Positions 31,063 through 39,505 of a stretch of 39,505 nucleotides of DNA are shown piece by piece. Both the position numbers and the translations under genes were made by a program. The first letter of the stretch is position 1. Every line of letters starts with the position of its first letter. The DNA is from an uncultured Candidatus Saccharibacteria bacterium (GTDB lineage Bacteria > Patescibacteriota > Minisyncoccia > UBA6257 > Colwellbacteraceae), in assembly GCA_964633405.1 (NCBI GenBank), contig CAZWFV010000002.1, forward strand, positions 1 through 39,505, in the 5' to 3' direction. Below the pieces are notes generated by a model. It ran no database searches, had not been told where the DNA came from, and saw nothing but the letters and a program-made list of their open reading frames with translations.

Positions 31063-33357
31063 TTAGAGAGAGTTCAAGTCGATGGCCGACCATTTACCCG
31101 CTTGGGTAGATGATGACGCCGCATTTATAGCTTCGAGATTGCTCGGCTCAAGTATACTCAAACCCTGCATGGTCAGGAGAAAGTTGGCTACATCCTTCCT
31201 GCTGTAGAAGTATTGCGCGAAGGAGTGGTACATCGTATCTACCTGGCTTCCGAGTTTGCTGATGTTGTTGGCATAGGTTTTCAATCCCGTGTTGAGTAAC
31301 GGAAGGGCCTGCGCATAGTACTGCGGTCCGGCCAGCTGCAAGACGAAGCCGTATTCATAATCAACCGAGACGACCTTGGGGTCTTCGTTGTAAACCTTGT
31401 CGAGCAGGACCAACGCATCGCTTAACCTGCCCTGGTAAACCAGGTTCTGAGCCAGCGGCAGGATCACGTCCTGCCTCAACGGCGCTAAAGCGAGGGCCAT
31501 CCTGTAGTATTTCTCGGCCTCCTGGAAATCAGCCAGAGCTGTTTTGGAGGAGCTGGCCGTTGCCTCTGCCCTACCTTCGACGTCGTATGCCTGGGCGACA
31601 ACCAGCATCTGTCTTGGGTCATGCGGATCCCGGTTAATTACGTCTTCTTCGGCGGCTATCGCGGTGCTAAGCAGCTGGTCTATCGCAGCGTTCTTCGGGT
31701 TATAATAGCCGGACAATTCCGATACCAGATCGGAGCGTATATCCTGCTGGGAATAAGTATATGGGGAGAGTACGCCGTTGAGGTCACTTTCCAGGACGTC
31801 CAGACTGAGGCCACGGCTCTCCAGTACGCTCACATATCTCTGCATCTGGTTATAGGCGATATAACTCATAACCAGAACGTAGGAGAAGAATGCGGCAATA
31901 ATGCCGAAGGCCACATACATAATGTAGTGGAGGGTATTAGGCGGCGCCTCACTCACTTCCTCAATATGATTCTCGTCGCGAATAAAGGCCATGAACCCCA
32001 AGGCGGCGAATAAAGGGATATACGTCGATATCTGATCGAACAGCGCCAGTAAGCTCACGAAAAAGGCGGCGCCGAAAAACAGCAGCGCCATATTCTCCAT
32101 CGAGAACTCTTTCCTCTTAAGGCCGACCCAGGCGAATGAGACCCAGATGGACAGGTAAGCCAATAGGCCCAAGGCACCCTGCATCACCAAGGCGTCCATC
32201 AGTTTGTTGTGTGCCCTGTCGAACCACTGCTGCTCGAACTCGAAGTAACGTGGGTTATAGTAAAGGTTATAGGCGATACCAAAATTCTCCTGGCCCCAGC
32301 CGAACAGGAAGCGGAAGTAGCCGTTGGTGACCGGATTTATCGCATTCAGACCTATGCCGATTGATATGAGCCTAGTCTGGATGGTCCCATCGTTAGGACC
32401 GGTAAGTGCGGTAAATCTGTCCATGCCCGGCACGCTCTTCCAGAATGGTTTGTTGCTGGTGAGCAAGAAAGATGCCGCGAAGATCACCAGCAGGCATAAT
32501 ACTATGAGTGATATATTCCTGAGGTTGAGCTTCTTATATACAGTGATGCCTTTGCCTCTGATAATGAGGTAAGTGGCCACGGCTACGACGCCGGCAACTA
32601 ACCCCAAAATTGTTCCCCTAGTTTGGGTTAGAAAGATACCGACGATCGAAGCCAGGATCATAAGTATGGAAAATACATTCCACGATATCTTCAGATACTT
32701 CCCTCCGCTCTTGCTGTTATGGATGACAATTAAGGCAGCAGCGATGACAAACAGGAAAAAGCCGGCTAGAAAAGATGGGTTGCCGGTGAACGATCCTGGC
32801 CTTGCCGCGGCGACATCCGTAGGAAGGGTCAATACCTCGTTCACGAACAGGATTAGTCCGCTGACCAGCGTCGCTTTGAAGAACCATACCCAGTCTTTGC
32901 GCTTGAATATCAAGTAGGCCAGCGGGAAGAAGGCGAAGTAGAAGGCTATGCCCGCAAATCCCTCGGCGCGTTCGATATTTCCCCAGAATGCCCGGTATTT
33001 GTCGATTGCGAACAGTACGCTCAGGCCGATCAGGAACATGAAAGACCCAGCGGTTATGAATATCGGGTTGTGGAAGAGCCTTTTTAGTTTGGAATATATC
33101 TCCTGTCTAAATCCCTTGGAGATGATGAAGCTGAGGCAGATGAGCAGGGAGACCAAGGTTATCATCGTCCTGATCAGAATCATCTTCACCGATATGTACG
33201 GGAAGATTACATCGGGTATGAAAGGAAATGTAGAGCTGCTCGATACGAGTAGGGGGACGAAGGCCAATAAAATAAGCCCTATCTTGAGCAGTCTTTTTAT
33301 GATTACCACTGCGCGGCCAGGGTTAGGTACCGACTGCGCTTTAGGATTAGTCTGCAT
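31063..33357 (-). CDS. O-antigen ligase (Wzy_C)-like polytopic membrane protein with C-terminal TPR-like domain (764 aa)
   Basis: More than 10 TM helices, a Wzy_C-like loop (FLTQTRGTILGLVAGVVAV), and C-terminal helical repeats (AEKYYRMALALAPLRQD...). Confidence 0.85.
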   Translation of the reverse strand: MQTNPKAQSVPNPGRAVVIIKRLLKIGLILLAFVPLLVSSSSTFPFIPDVIFPYISVKMILIRTMITLVSLLICLSFIISKGFRQEIYSKLKRLFHNPIFITAGSFMFLIGLSVLFAIDKYRAFWGNIERAEGFAGIAFYFAFFPLAYLIFKRKDWVWFFKATLVSGLILFVNEVLTLPTDVAAARPGSFTGNPSFLAGFFLFVIAAALIVIHNSKSGGKYLKISWNVFSILMILASIVGIFLTQTRGTILGLVAGVVAVATYLIIRGKGITVYKKLNLRNISLIVLCLLVIFAASFLLTSNKPFWKSVPGMDRFTALTGPNDGTIQTRLISIGIGLNAINPVTNGYFRFLFGWGQENFGIAYNLYYNPRYFEFEQQWFDRAHNKLMDALVMQGALGLLAYLSIWVSFAWVGLKRKEFSMENMALLFFGAAFFVSLLALFDQISTYIPLFAALGFMAFIRDENHIEEVSEAPPNTLHYIMYVAFGIIAAFFSYVLVMSYIAYNQMQRYVSVLESRGLSLDVLESDLNGVLSPYTYSQQDIRSDLVSELSGYYNPKNAAIDQLLSTAIAAEEDVINRDPHDPRQMLVVAQAYDVEGRAEATASSSKTALADFQEAEKYYRMALALAPLRQDVILPLAQNLVYQGRLSDALVLLDKVYNEDPKVVSVDYEYGFVLQLAGPQYYAQALPLLNTGLKTYANNISKLGSQVDTMYHSFAQYFYSRKDVANFLLTMQGLSILEPSNLEAINAASSSTQAGKWSAIDLNSL

Positions 33358-33416
33358 TCAACAGTTTTTATTTACCGTTATTCTACAGCCATATTATATA
33401 GTAATATAGAGATACA

Positions 33417-34388
33417 ATGGAAATATTGGTTGCGGGAGGCGCCGGCTACATAGGTTCCATAACCTCCAAAAAACTGGTTGAGCTGGGACATAATGTAACT
33501 GTCGTCGATAGCCTGGAGAAGGGTAACAGATGGGCGGTGGACAGAAAAGCCGTCTTTATGCAGGGCAATCTGCTCGACAAGCAGTTCGTAAAGGACGTCT
33601 TTAGCAAGCGTTTCGACGGCGTTATAGATTTCGCCGGGTATATCGAAGTCAAGGAATCGGTAGATAAACCGGGACGTTACTTCACCAATAATGCCGTCTC
33701 GGTCCTGAACTTACTGGACGGGATGTTGCTCAGCAAATCCAACAATCTTATTTTCTCTTCCAGCGCAGCCGTGTATGGCAACGCGCAGAAAGTTCCCATT
33801 CCGGAGGATTCCGAGTACGTCCCCACCAGCCCTTACGGTCAGAGTAAGTTGATGGTCGAACAGATGTTGAGATGGTATCCGATTCGGCACATTGCCCTAC
33901 GTTATTTCAATGTGGCTGGGGCGATGCCCGATTCCAGCCTGGGACAGTTTTATCATCCGGAGGCGCACCTTATAGCTATAGCGATAAAGAAGGCCGTTGA
34001 GGGAGACGAGTTCAAACTGTTCGGGACGGACTACAATACGCCTGACGGCACATGCGTAAGGGACTACATCCACGTACTAGATCTGGCTGAGGCGCACATC
34101 CTGGCCCTGCAGGCCCTGTGGGACAATAAGGAGGTGCATGCCGCGTATAACGTCGGGGCGGGCAGCGGCTATTCGAATAAAGAAGTGCTGGGAATGATAG
34201 AACACGTATCCGGATTGAAGATGGACATAAAGGAGGAAGGCAGGAGAAAAGGTGATCCGACCAAATTGATAGCCGACAATTCCCTAATCAAAAAAGAGCT
34301 TGGGTTCAGCCCTAAATACTCGGATCTCGAGACCATAGTTAAGACGGCTTACAACTGGTACCTGAAATCGAAAGATATAAAGGCCTAG
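33417..34388 (+). CDS. galE: UDP-glucose 4-epimerase
   Basis: ILVAGGAGYIGS (GxxGxxG), a YGQSK catalytic YxxxK, and extended SDR length. A TATAGA box (33405-33410) lies 6 nt upstream of the ATG. Confidence 0.93.
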   Translation: MEILVAGGAGYIGSITSKKLVELGHNVTVVDSLEKGNRWAVDRKAVFMQGNLLDKQFVKDVFSKRFDGVIDFAGYIEVKESVDKPGRYFTNNAVSVLNLLDGMLLSKSNNLIFSSSAAVYGNAQKVPIPEDSEYVPTSPYGQSKLMVEQMLRWYPIRHIALRYFNVAGAMPDSSLGQFYHPEAHLIAIAIKKAVEGDEFKLFGTDYNTPDGTCVRDYIHVLDLAEAHILALQALWDNKEVHAAYNVGAGSGYSNKEVLGMIEHVSGLKMDIKEEGRRKGDPTKLIADNSLIKKELGFSPKYSDLETIVKTAYNWYLKSKDIKA

Positions 34389-34395
34389 ATTACAG

Positions 34396-34980
34396 ATGTT
34401 CTCTTTGCCCGTAGCCCAGCTATCAGGCTTGTTAATTCAGTATAAGTACGCGATTCTGTTCCCTATCGTGGTTATCGAGGGTCCGATAATAACCGTGATC
34501 GCCGGGTTTCTGGTGGCGCAGGGTTATATGGCTTTCCTTACCACCTATATCGTGGTGGTGGTGGGAGATGTCGTCGGAGACGTTATGTACTATGCCATAG
34601 GCCGCTGGGGAAGAGAGGGATTTATAAACAGGTGGGGACGCTATCTGGGTCTGAACTTGAGCGGGATCGAGAAAGTAGAGGACCACTTCAAAAAACACGG
34701 TGAGAGAACGCTGATTATAACAAAACTGACGCATGCAATCGGTCTGATAGCCATAATCGCTGCTGGTTTGGTCAGGATGTCCTTATTTAAGTTTGTCAGA
34801 GCCAACGTTGTCGGCTCGGCCATAAAATCGCTGGCCCTGGTTTTGGTCGGATATTACTTCGGGCAATTAATCGGCAGGATAAATTCCGTACTGCAATTAG
34901 TAAGCTATCTGACGGTGATCGTCGTTGCCAGCGTTGCAGTGAGCGCATTTGCCTATAATTACTATAATAAGGAATATTGA
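34396..34980 (+). CDS. dedA: DedA/SNARE-associated family membrane protein
   Basis: The VVIEGPIITVIAGFLVAQGYM and ERTLIITKLTHAIG motifs. Confidence 0.9.
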   Translation: MFSLPVAQLSGLLIQYKYAILFPIVVIEGPIITVIAGFLVAQGYMAFLTTYIVVVVGDVVGDVMYYAIGRWGREGFINRWGRYLGLNLSGIEKVEDHFKKHGERTLIITKLTHAIGLIAIIAAGLVRMSLFKFVRANVVGSAIKSLALVLVGYYFGQLIGRINSVLQLVSYLTVIVVASVAVSAFAYNYYNKEY

Positions 34981-34986
34981 TCAACG

Positions 34987-35130
34987 ATGAACAACACAAC
35001 CATCTATTCAAAACCCGTCGTAATAATCGCTCTGGTGGTACTACTTTTACTTGGATTCTACTTGGGATATACCTATGGTCTGAAAACGGCCCCGAACACG
35101 ATATCGTCGACAGCCTCAAGCTCTGTTTGA
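34987..35130 (+). CDS. possible small membrane protein (47 aa, below the ORF-track cutoff)
   Basis: Hand translation gives MNNTTIYSKPVVIIALVVLLLLGFYLGYTYGLKTAPNTISSTASSSV. An AAGGAA lies 13 nt upstream. One TM helix. Confidence 0.35.
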   Translation: MNNTTIYSKPVVIIALVVLLLLGFYLGYTYGLKTAPNTISSTASSSV

Positions 35131-35156
35131 AACCAGGATAACTCGCTGCCTGAATA

Positions 35157-35618
35157 CTATACGAACGCATACTGGATGTATTTCAACCATTTGCCGGCAC
35201 GGGAGATGAATCCCCTGGCCTGATCGACGAATAACCCCACCAAAATGAAAGGCAGGCCTATGCCCAAGGTATAGGCAAAGAGAAGTAGGAAGGCGTTGCT
35301 TGTCTGGGTAGCGGCCAGCAAGAGTATCGCCCCTAGAGCCGCGCTTACGCACGGCATCCACCCCAGGGCGAACGCGGCTCCGAACACGAAGGAAGTTATA
35401 AAATACGACCCGAACCTCCTGCTTACAACTAGTTTATGGTCTTCCTTCAGGAAATCGGGAGTAATCAAGTCCAGCAGGAACAGGCTGAAGAGGATTATCA
35501 TGGTTCCGCCGATCCAACCCAGCCAGTTCTGGGCCGCGTGCGAGACATGAGCCAGGACTGTCTGAAGCAGCATGCCGACTATCGAGAATACAAAGGAGAA
35601 ACCCAGCACGAAGAACAC
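35157..35618 (-). CDS. cytochrome c biogenesis CcdA/DsbD-like transmembrane protein, N-terminally truncated (153 aa)
   Basis: The second conserved Cys motif is retained (GWMPCVSAALGAILLLA). The first TM with the SPC..P motif is missing. The start is GTG, preceded by GGAG. Only 54 nt separate it from the upstream gene. Confidence 0.7.
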   Translation of the reverse strand: MFFVLGFSFVFSIVGMLLQTVLAHVSHAAQNWLGWIGGTMIILFSLFLLDLITPDFLKEDHKLVVSRRFGSYFITSFVFGAAFALGWMPCVSAALGAILLLAATQTSNAFLLLFAYTLGIGLPFILVGLFVDQARGFISRAGKWLKYIQYAFV

Positions 35619-35672
35619 GCTGCTCCAGAATACATTCCAGTCTCTTGAGGGTATCCATATCAGATTATGCCG

Positions 35673-36089
35673 CTATAGGCCGATGTAATTGATGCTGTTC
35701 TCCTGGTTTTGGATATATTGCTGGAACTGAGTTATTCCGGCCCACGTGCCCCAGACAAGAAGGATAATTGAGATAATCAATAGAATTATGGCTATGAGCC
35801 CGATCTGCCTGGCCTTGGGGTCATTAGATCTGAAATATCTCAGACCCTGCCAGCGGGTGTAAATCAAGTAACAGGTAATCGGCATGAGGATCAGGGTAAA
35901 GAAATACAGCCAGATCTGAGCCCACACGGAAGTAGAAAGTGGCCTCTCCTCCAGTTTTTTGCCGCAATTGGGGCAGAAATAATATTCAGGCCGGACAGGT
36001 TGATGACATTGCGGACACACCGCCATCTTTGCAACTGACTCGGGTTGGGACGCGGGCACGGTGTTCGTCGGCGATCCTACTGTTTCCAT
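35673..36089 (-). CDS. zinc-ribbon domain membrane protein (138 aa)
   Basis: A CPQCHQPV...FCPNCGKKL zinc ribbon is followed by two TM helices. Confidence 0.75.
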   Translation of the reverse strand: METVGSPTNTVPASQPESVAKMAVCPQCHQPVRPEYYFCPNCGKKLEERPLSTSVWAQIWLYFFTLILMPITCYLIYTRWQGLRYFRSNDPKARQIGLIAIILLIISIILLVWGTWAGITQFQQYIQNQENSINYIGL

Positions 36090-36116
36090 ACCTCTATTAT
36101 ACCTGGCTTATCCTAC

Positions 36117-37967
36117 CTACAGTAAACCTCTCTTGGCACGGCTCTCGTCGGCCTCTCTTAGCCACACTTTACGCAATCTTATCGATTTCGGGGTTATCTC
36201 CACCAATTCGTCATCTCCGATGAACTCTATCGATTCTTCCAACGTCATGGTATGGGGTACCTTCAGAAATTCCATCGCCCCATCGGATTTGGCACGCATA
36301 TTGGAAAGTTGCTTTTCCTTGCATACGTTGATCCTCAAATCGTTGGTCTTGGCGTTCTGTCCGACGATCATTCCCTCATAGACATCGACGCCTGGTCCGA
36401 CGAACAATTCTCCCCTCCCCTCAGCGTTGAGCAGGCCGTAGGTTCTGGTAACACCCATTTCCGTGGAAACTAATGAGCCGTGGGGATTGGCCTCGAATGC
36501 CCCTTTATATTCATCATATCGCTCGAAAATAGAGTTCATTGTGCCTGTGCCCTTGGTGCTGGTCATTAATTGGTTACGGAAACCTATGAGGCCGCGGGTA
36601 GGGGTAAGAAATTCCAGGTAAGCAGTCCCGCGTTCTACCTTCATGTCCACCATCATCCCTTTCCTTGAACCCATTTGTTCGATGACCGTACCGGTGTAGC
36701 TCTCGGGCACCTCTATGGAGATCCGCTCGATCGGCTCGAGTTTCTTGCCGTCTTTCTCGTGGAATATAACCTGAGGCCTGGAGACTTGAAACTCGTACCC
36801 TTCTCTGCGCATCTTCTCGATCAATATCGAAAGGTGTAGCTCTCCCCGGCCGGAGACGACCCACGTATCCATTGAGTCTGTCGGGTCCACCCGCAGAGCG
36901 ACGTCCGTTTCCAGCTCATGCATCAGTCGGTCGCGCAGGTTATTGGAAGTGGAATAAGTCCCTTCTTTGCCCGCAAAGGGAGAGTTGTTGATGAGGAAGT
37001 TCATCTTGACCGTAGGTTCCTCGATGGCTATCGTCGGCAGTGGCTGCGGACTACTCAGATCGGTGATGGTTTCGCCTATAGACACATCGGGTATGCCGGC
37101 TATGGCCACTATGTCGCCAGGCACGGCTGCTTCCGTTTCGACCCTGTTCAGCCCGTCGAAAATCATGACCGAGCTAAGTGTGGCCTTCTTTAACGCCCCG
37201 GAACGGTCTATATAACCGACCTCCATGCCTTTCTTCAGGCTGCCGGAATAAAGTCTTCCCACCGCTATTCTTCCTTTGAAATTATCGTAGATGAGGTTGA
37301 CTGTAAGCATCTGCAGCGGTTTGGATGGATCCACTTTCGGCTTGGGGATGTATTTAACTATCGAATCGAAAAGAGGGGTGATGTCTTTCATGTCACTTAG
37401 GTTGTGGTCGTACCCCGCCTTTCCTGCCGCGCCTGAGGCATAGACTATTGGAAAATCGGCCTGCTCTTCTGATGCGCCTAGATCGACGAATAGGTCAAAA
37501 GTCTTGTCTAGGGCCCAGACTGGCCGCGCCTCCGGCTTGTCTATCTTATTTATAACGACGATTATCTTGTGTCCGGCCTGTATAGCTTTCTTTAACACGA
37601 ACTTTGTCTGGGGCATGGGTCCCTCTTTGGCGTCGATGACCAATAAGGCTCCGTCGACCATGCGCATTATCCGCTCCACCTCCCCCCCGAAATCAGCGTG
37701 GCCAGGCGTGTCGACTATGTTTATCCTAGTATCCTTGTAAATCACTGCGGCATTCTTGGAAAAAATGGTTATACCTCTTTCCCGCTCCAGTTCGTTGGAA
37801 TCCATGATCAACTCGGTATTGGCCAGGTTCTTCTGCTTGAAGTTCTCGGATTGCTTCAACAAAGCATCCACCAGGGTGGTCTTACCGTGGTCGACGTGGG
37901 CGATTATGGCAATGTTGCGCAATTTCATCTTTAAGATAAAAAGGGGCGCTTTCGGCCCCGCGACCAT
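36117..37967 (-). CDS. typA: translational GTPase TypA/BipA
   Basis: NIAIIAHVDHGKTTL (G1), DTPGHADF (G3), NKID (G4), and the BipA C-terminal domain. The start is either ATG 37967 (TATTAT box 8 nt upstream) or ATG 37928, which gives the canonical MKLRNIAII N-terminus. Confidence 0.93.
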   Translation of the reverse strand: MVAGPKAPLFILKMKLRNIAIIAHVDHGKTTLVDALLKQSENFKQKNLANTELIMDSNELERERGITIFSKNAAVIYKDTRINIVDTPGHADFGGEVERIMRMVDGALLVIDAKEGPMPQTKFVLKKAIQAGHKIIVVINKIDKPEARPVWALDKTFDLFVDLGASEEQADFPIVYASGAAGKAGYDHNLSDMKDITPLFDSIVKYIPKPKVDPSKPLQMLTVNLIYDNFKGRIAVGRLYSGSLKKGMEVGYIDRSGALKKATLSSVMIFDGLNRVETEAAVPGDIVAIAGIPDVSIGETITDLSSPQPLPTIAIEEPTVKMNFLINNSPFAGKEGTYSTSNNLRDRLMHELETDVALRVDPTDSMDTWVVSGRGELHLSILIEKMRREGYEFQVSRPQVIFHEKDGKKLEPIERISIEVPESYTGTVIEQMGSRKGMMVDMKVERGTAYLEFLTPTRGLIGFRNQLMTSTKGTGTMNSIFERYDEYKGAFEANPHGSLVSTEMGVTRTYGLLNAEGRGELFVGPGVDVYEGMIVGQNAKTNDLRINVCKEKQLSNMRAKSDGAMEFLKVPHTMTLEESIEFIGDDELVEITPKSIRLRKVWLREADESRAKRGLL

Positions 37968-38045
37968 GGTACCAGATAATAGATGGCAGGTAAACCTGCG
38001 GTTTGGGCCAAGACAGGACTTTTCTGATAAGATATATTAATACTT

Positions 38046-38642
38046 ATGTCCATTCCCGAAGTTGTCGCTCGCATTTACCACAGAACCAGACTGAGCAGAG
38101 GTTTAAGGATATTGCTCACGGTGAACACTATCCTCGTGTTTGCCATGGGACTTTTCTCGCCGTTCTACGCCGTGTTCATAGAGAAGTTAGGCGGGAATAT
38201 AGCCTTTGCCGGGCTTGCCTGGGGGCTTTTCTCCATAGTTACGGGCGTGCTGGTTCTGATCTTCTCCGCCTGGGGGCTTAAGGTGCAGCGGGAGAGCAAA
38301 CTTGTCTCTCTTGGCTATGCGATCCGGGGAATCGTGTTCGTCAGCTATGCCTTCATGACCAATATTCCCCAACTAATAATTACCCAGGTGTTATGGGGTG
38401 TGGGTGCGGCCCTGGGTGCGCCGGCTTTTGACTCCCTGTACAGCAAACACACCGATAACGAGACATCGATGTGGCAATGGGGACAGTACGAGGGAGTCAC
38501 TTCCATAGCAGTCGGCTTATCGGCCCTGGTGGGGGGCCTGGTGATAGAGTTGTTAGGCTACCAATCCCTATTCATCGGCATGGCGCTTATCTGTCTGATC
38601 AGCGGCGCATATATATGGTCGTTACCGGCTGATGTGCTGTAA
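38046..38642 (+). CDS. half-size (6-TM) MFS-like transporter protein (198 aa)
   Basis: Six hydrophobic helices with MFS-like spacing. A TATATT box (38033-38038) lies 7 nt upstream of the ATG. No second six-helix half follows. Confidence 0.7.
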   Translation: MSIPEVVARIYHRTRLSRGLRILLTVNTILVFAMGLFSPFYAVFIEKLGGNIAFAGLAWGLFSIVTGVLVLIFSAWGLKVQRESKLVSLGYAIRGIVFVSYAFMTNIPQLIITQVLWGVGAALGAPAFDSLYSKHTDNETSMWQWGQYEGVTSIAVGLSALVGGLVIELLGYQSLFIGMALICLISGAYIWSLPADVL

Positions 38643-38656
38643 TTTGATTACAAACC

Positions 38657-39427
38657 ATGACCCAATACTACAAGGTTAAGAGTGCGCGTGGATTGTTTGA
38701 TCCCTCCTCAAAGGAAGCATTCAGGCTGAGCCGCAGCAAAATAGAGTCGTTCATAAAATGTCCAAGGTGTTTCTATTTAGATTTGCGTTTGGGTATCCCC
38801 CAGCCCGCTGGTTACCCGCTTAGCTTAAATACGGCGGTGGATGCGCTGCTCAAGAAAGAATTCGATATATATAGAGTTAAAGGCAATCCTCACCCTTTGA
38901 TGAAGAAATATGGGTTGGATGCCGTCCCCTTTAACCATGAGTACCTGGATCTATGGCGTGAATCTCGTCGTGGAGGGGTTGAGTATATCGATCCCAAGAC
39001 AAATTTCAGGGTTACCGGAGGCATTGACGATGTATGGGTAAACCCGGCCGGCGAGCTTATAGTTGTGGACTATAAAGCTACGGCCAAGAGCGGCAACGTA
39101 GGCTTGGATGCGGAATGGCAGGACAGCTATAAACGTCAGGTTGAAATATACCAGTGGCTATTCCGGAAGAACGGTTTTAAGGTCTCACCCACCGCCTATT
39201 TCGTGTATGTCAATGGCAAAACAGATGCGAAGGCTTTCGACGCGAAGTTGGAGTTTGATGTTAAGCTTCTGCCCTACACCGGGAACGATTCTTGGATACA
39301 GGAGACACTGATCAAGGCTAGGAAGTGCCTGGAGGGAGATGCGCTGTCCCCCTCCTCCCCGAACTGTGACTATTGTGCTTATGTCAAAGCGAGATATGAG
39401 AAGGAAGGCGGTGATATCGAATACTAA
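38657..39427 (+). CDS. Cas4/RecB-like PD-(D/E)XK nuclease with Cys cluster
   Basis: GGIDDVWVNPAGELIVVDYKAT supplies D...D-x-K and QVEIYQWLF supplies QxxxY. An N-terminal CPRC plus a C-terminal C..CDYC suggests an Fe-S or Zn cluster as in Cas4/AddB. Confidence 0.8.
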   Translation: MTQYYKVKSARGLFDPSSKEAFRLSRSKIESFIKCPRCFYLDLRLGIPQPAGYPLSLNTAVDALLKKEFDIYRVKGNPHPLMKKYGLDAVPFNHEYLDLWRESRRGGVEYIDPKTNFRVTGGIDDVWVNPAGELIVVDYKATAKSGNVGLDAEWQDSYKRQVEIYQWLFRKNGFKVSPTAYFVYVNGKTDAKAFDAKLEFDVKLLPYTGNDSWIQETLIKARKCLEGDALSPSSPNCDYCAYVKARYEKEGGDIEY

Positions 39428-39505
39428 AATATAAAACAACCGCGATCGTCTTGAACCTAGATTAAAAGAAGAAAAGAAGAACGGTGTAACTAATTGCCCG
39501 AGGCC

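Noticed and set aside
1-39505. I looked for CRISPR arrays, rRNA genes, intact transposases/integrases, retron or DGR reverse transcriptases, and long inter-locus repeats.
   Set aside because: None was found by eye. The only notable DNA repeat is the intragenic 23-mer at 9583/9664. A computational repeat search would be needed to exclude short dispersed repeats.

Overview
This is a compact, gene-dense bacterial chromosome segment; many neighbouring genes overlap by 1-29 nt. Gene content and protein architectures suggest a reduced Patescibacteria/CPR-type genome, which is inference only: short Fmt, trigger factor without a PPIase domain, a half-size MFS protein and many small membrane proteins.

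Core content:
- A leaderless 87-aa ORF-def-fmt-tRNA-Gln(CUG) operon.
- ctpA-rplI, rpmA and murC.
- A ~11.6 kb minus-strand polycistron (21904 down to ~10268): DUF4015-like glycosidase, scpA, scpB, DD-carboxypeptidase, mraY, a divergent amidohydrolase, ftsW, murG, gltX, an M23 peptidase, a small ORF and a DUF805 protein.
- dnaX, tRNA-Gln(UUG), cspA and tig.
- A surface-glycan cluster: nucleotidyltransferase, polyprenyl-phosphate sugar transferase, O-antigen-ligase/TPR protein and galE.
- dedA, a truncated ccdA-like gene, typA, and two Cas4/RecB-like PD-(D/E)XK nucleases.

Most notable observations:
1. A complete SAM-I (S-box) riboswitch at 2371-2474 has its own extended -10 promoter and intrinsic terminator but no downstream ORF. 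It points head-on at tRNA-Gln/fmt/def.
2. A structured ncRNA candidate (about 23310-23540, minus strand) is bounded by a promoter and a terminator, next to tRNA-Gln(UUG).
3. A decayed accessory islet at 23.2-27.1 kb holds an SDR pseudogene and a ~0.65 kb ORF-free, hairpin-rich stretch ending in twin bidirectional terminators.
4. A D-aminoacylase-like amidohydrolase with substituted metal ligands sits where murD normally lies in the dcw cluster.
5. TGnTATAAT-type -10 boxes recur 6-8 nt upstream of start codons, implying widespread leaderless mRNAs.

No CRISPR array, rRNA gene or intact transposase was seen. All family assignments come from motif recognition by eye; no searches were run.
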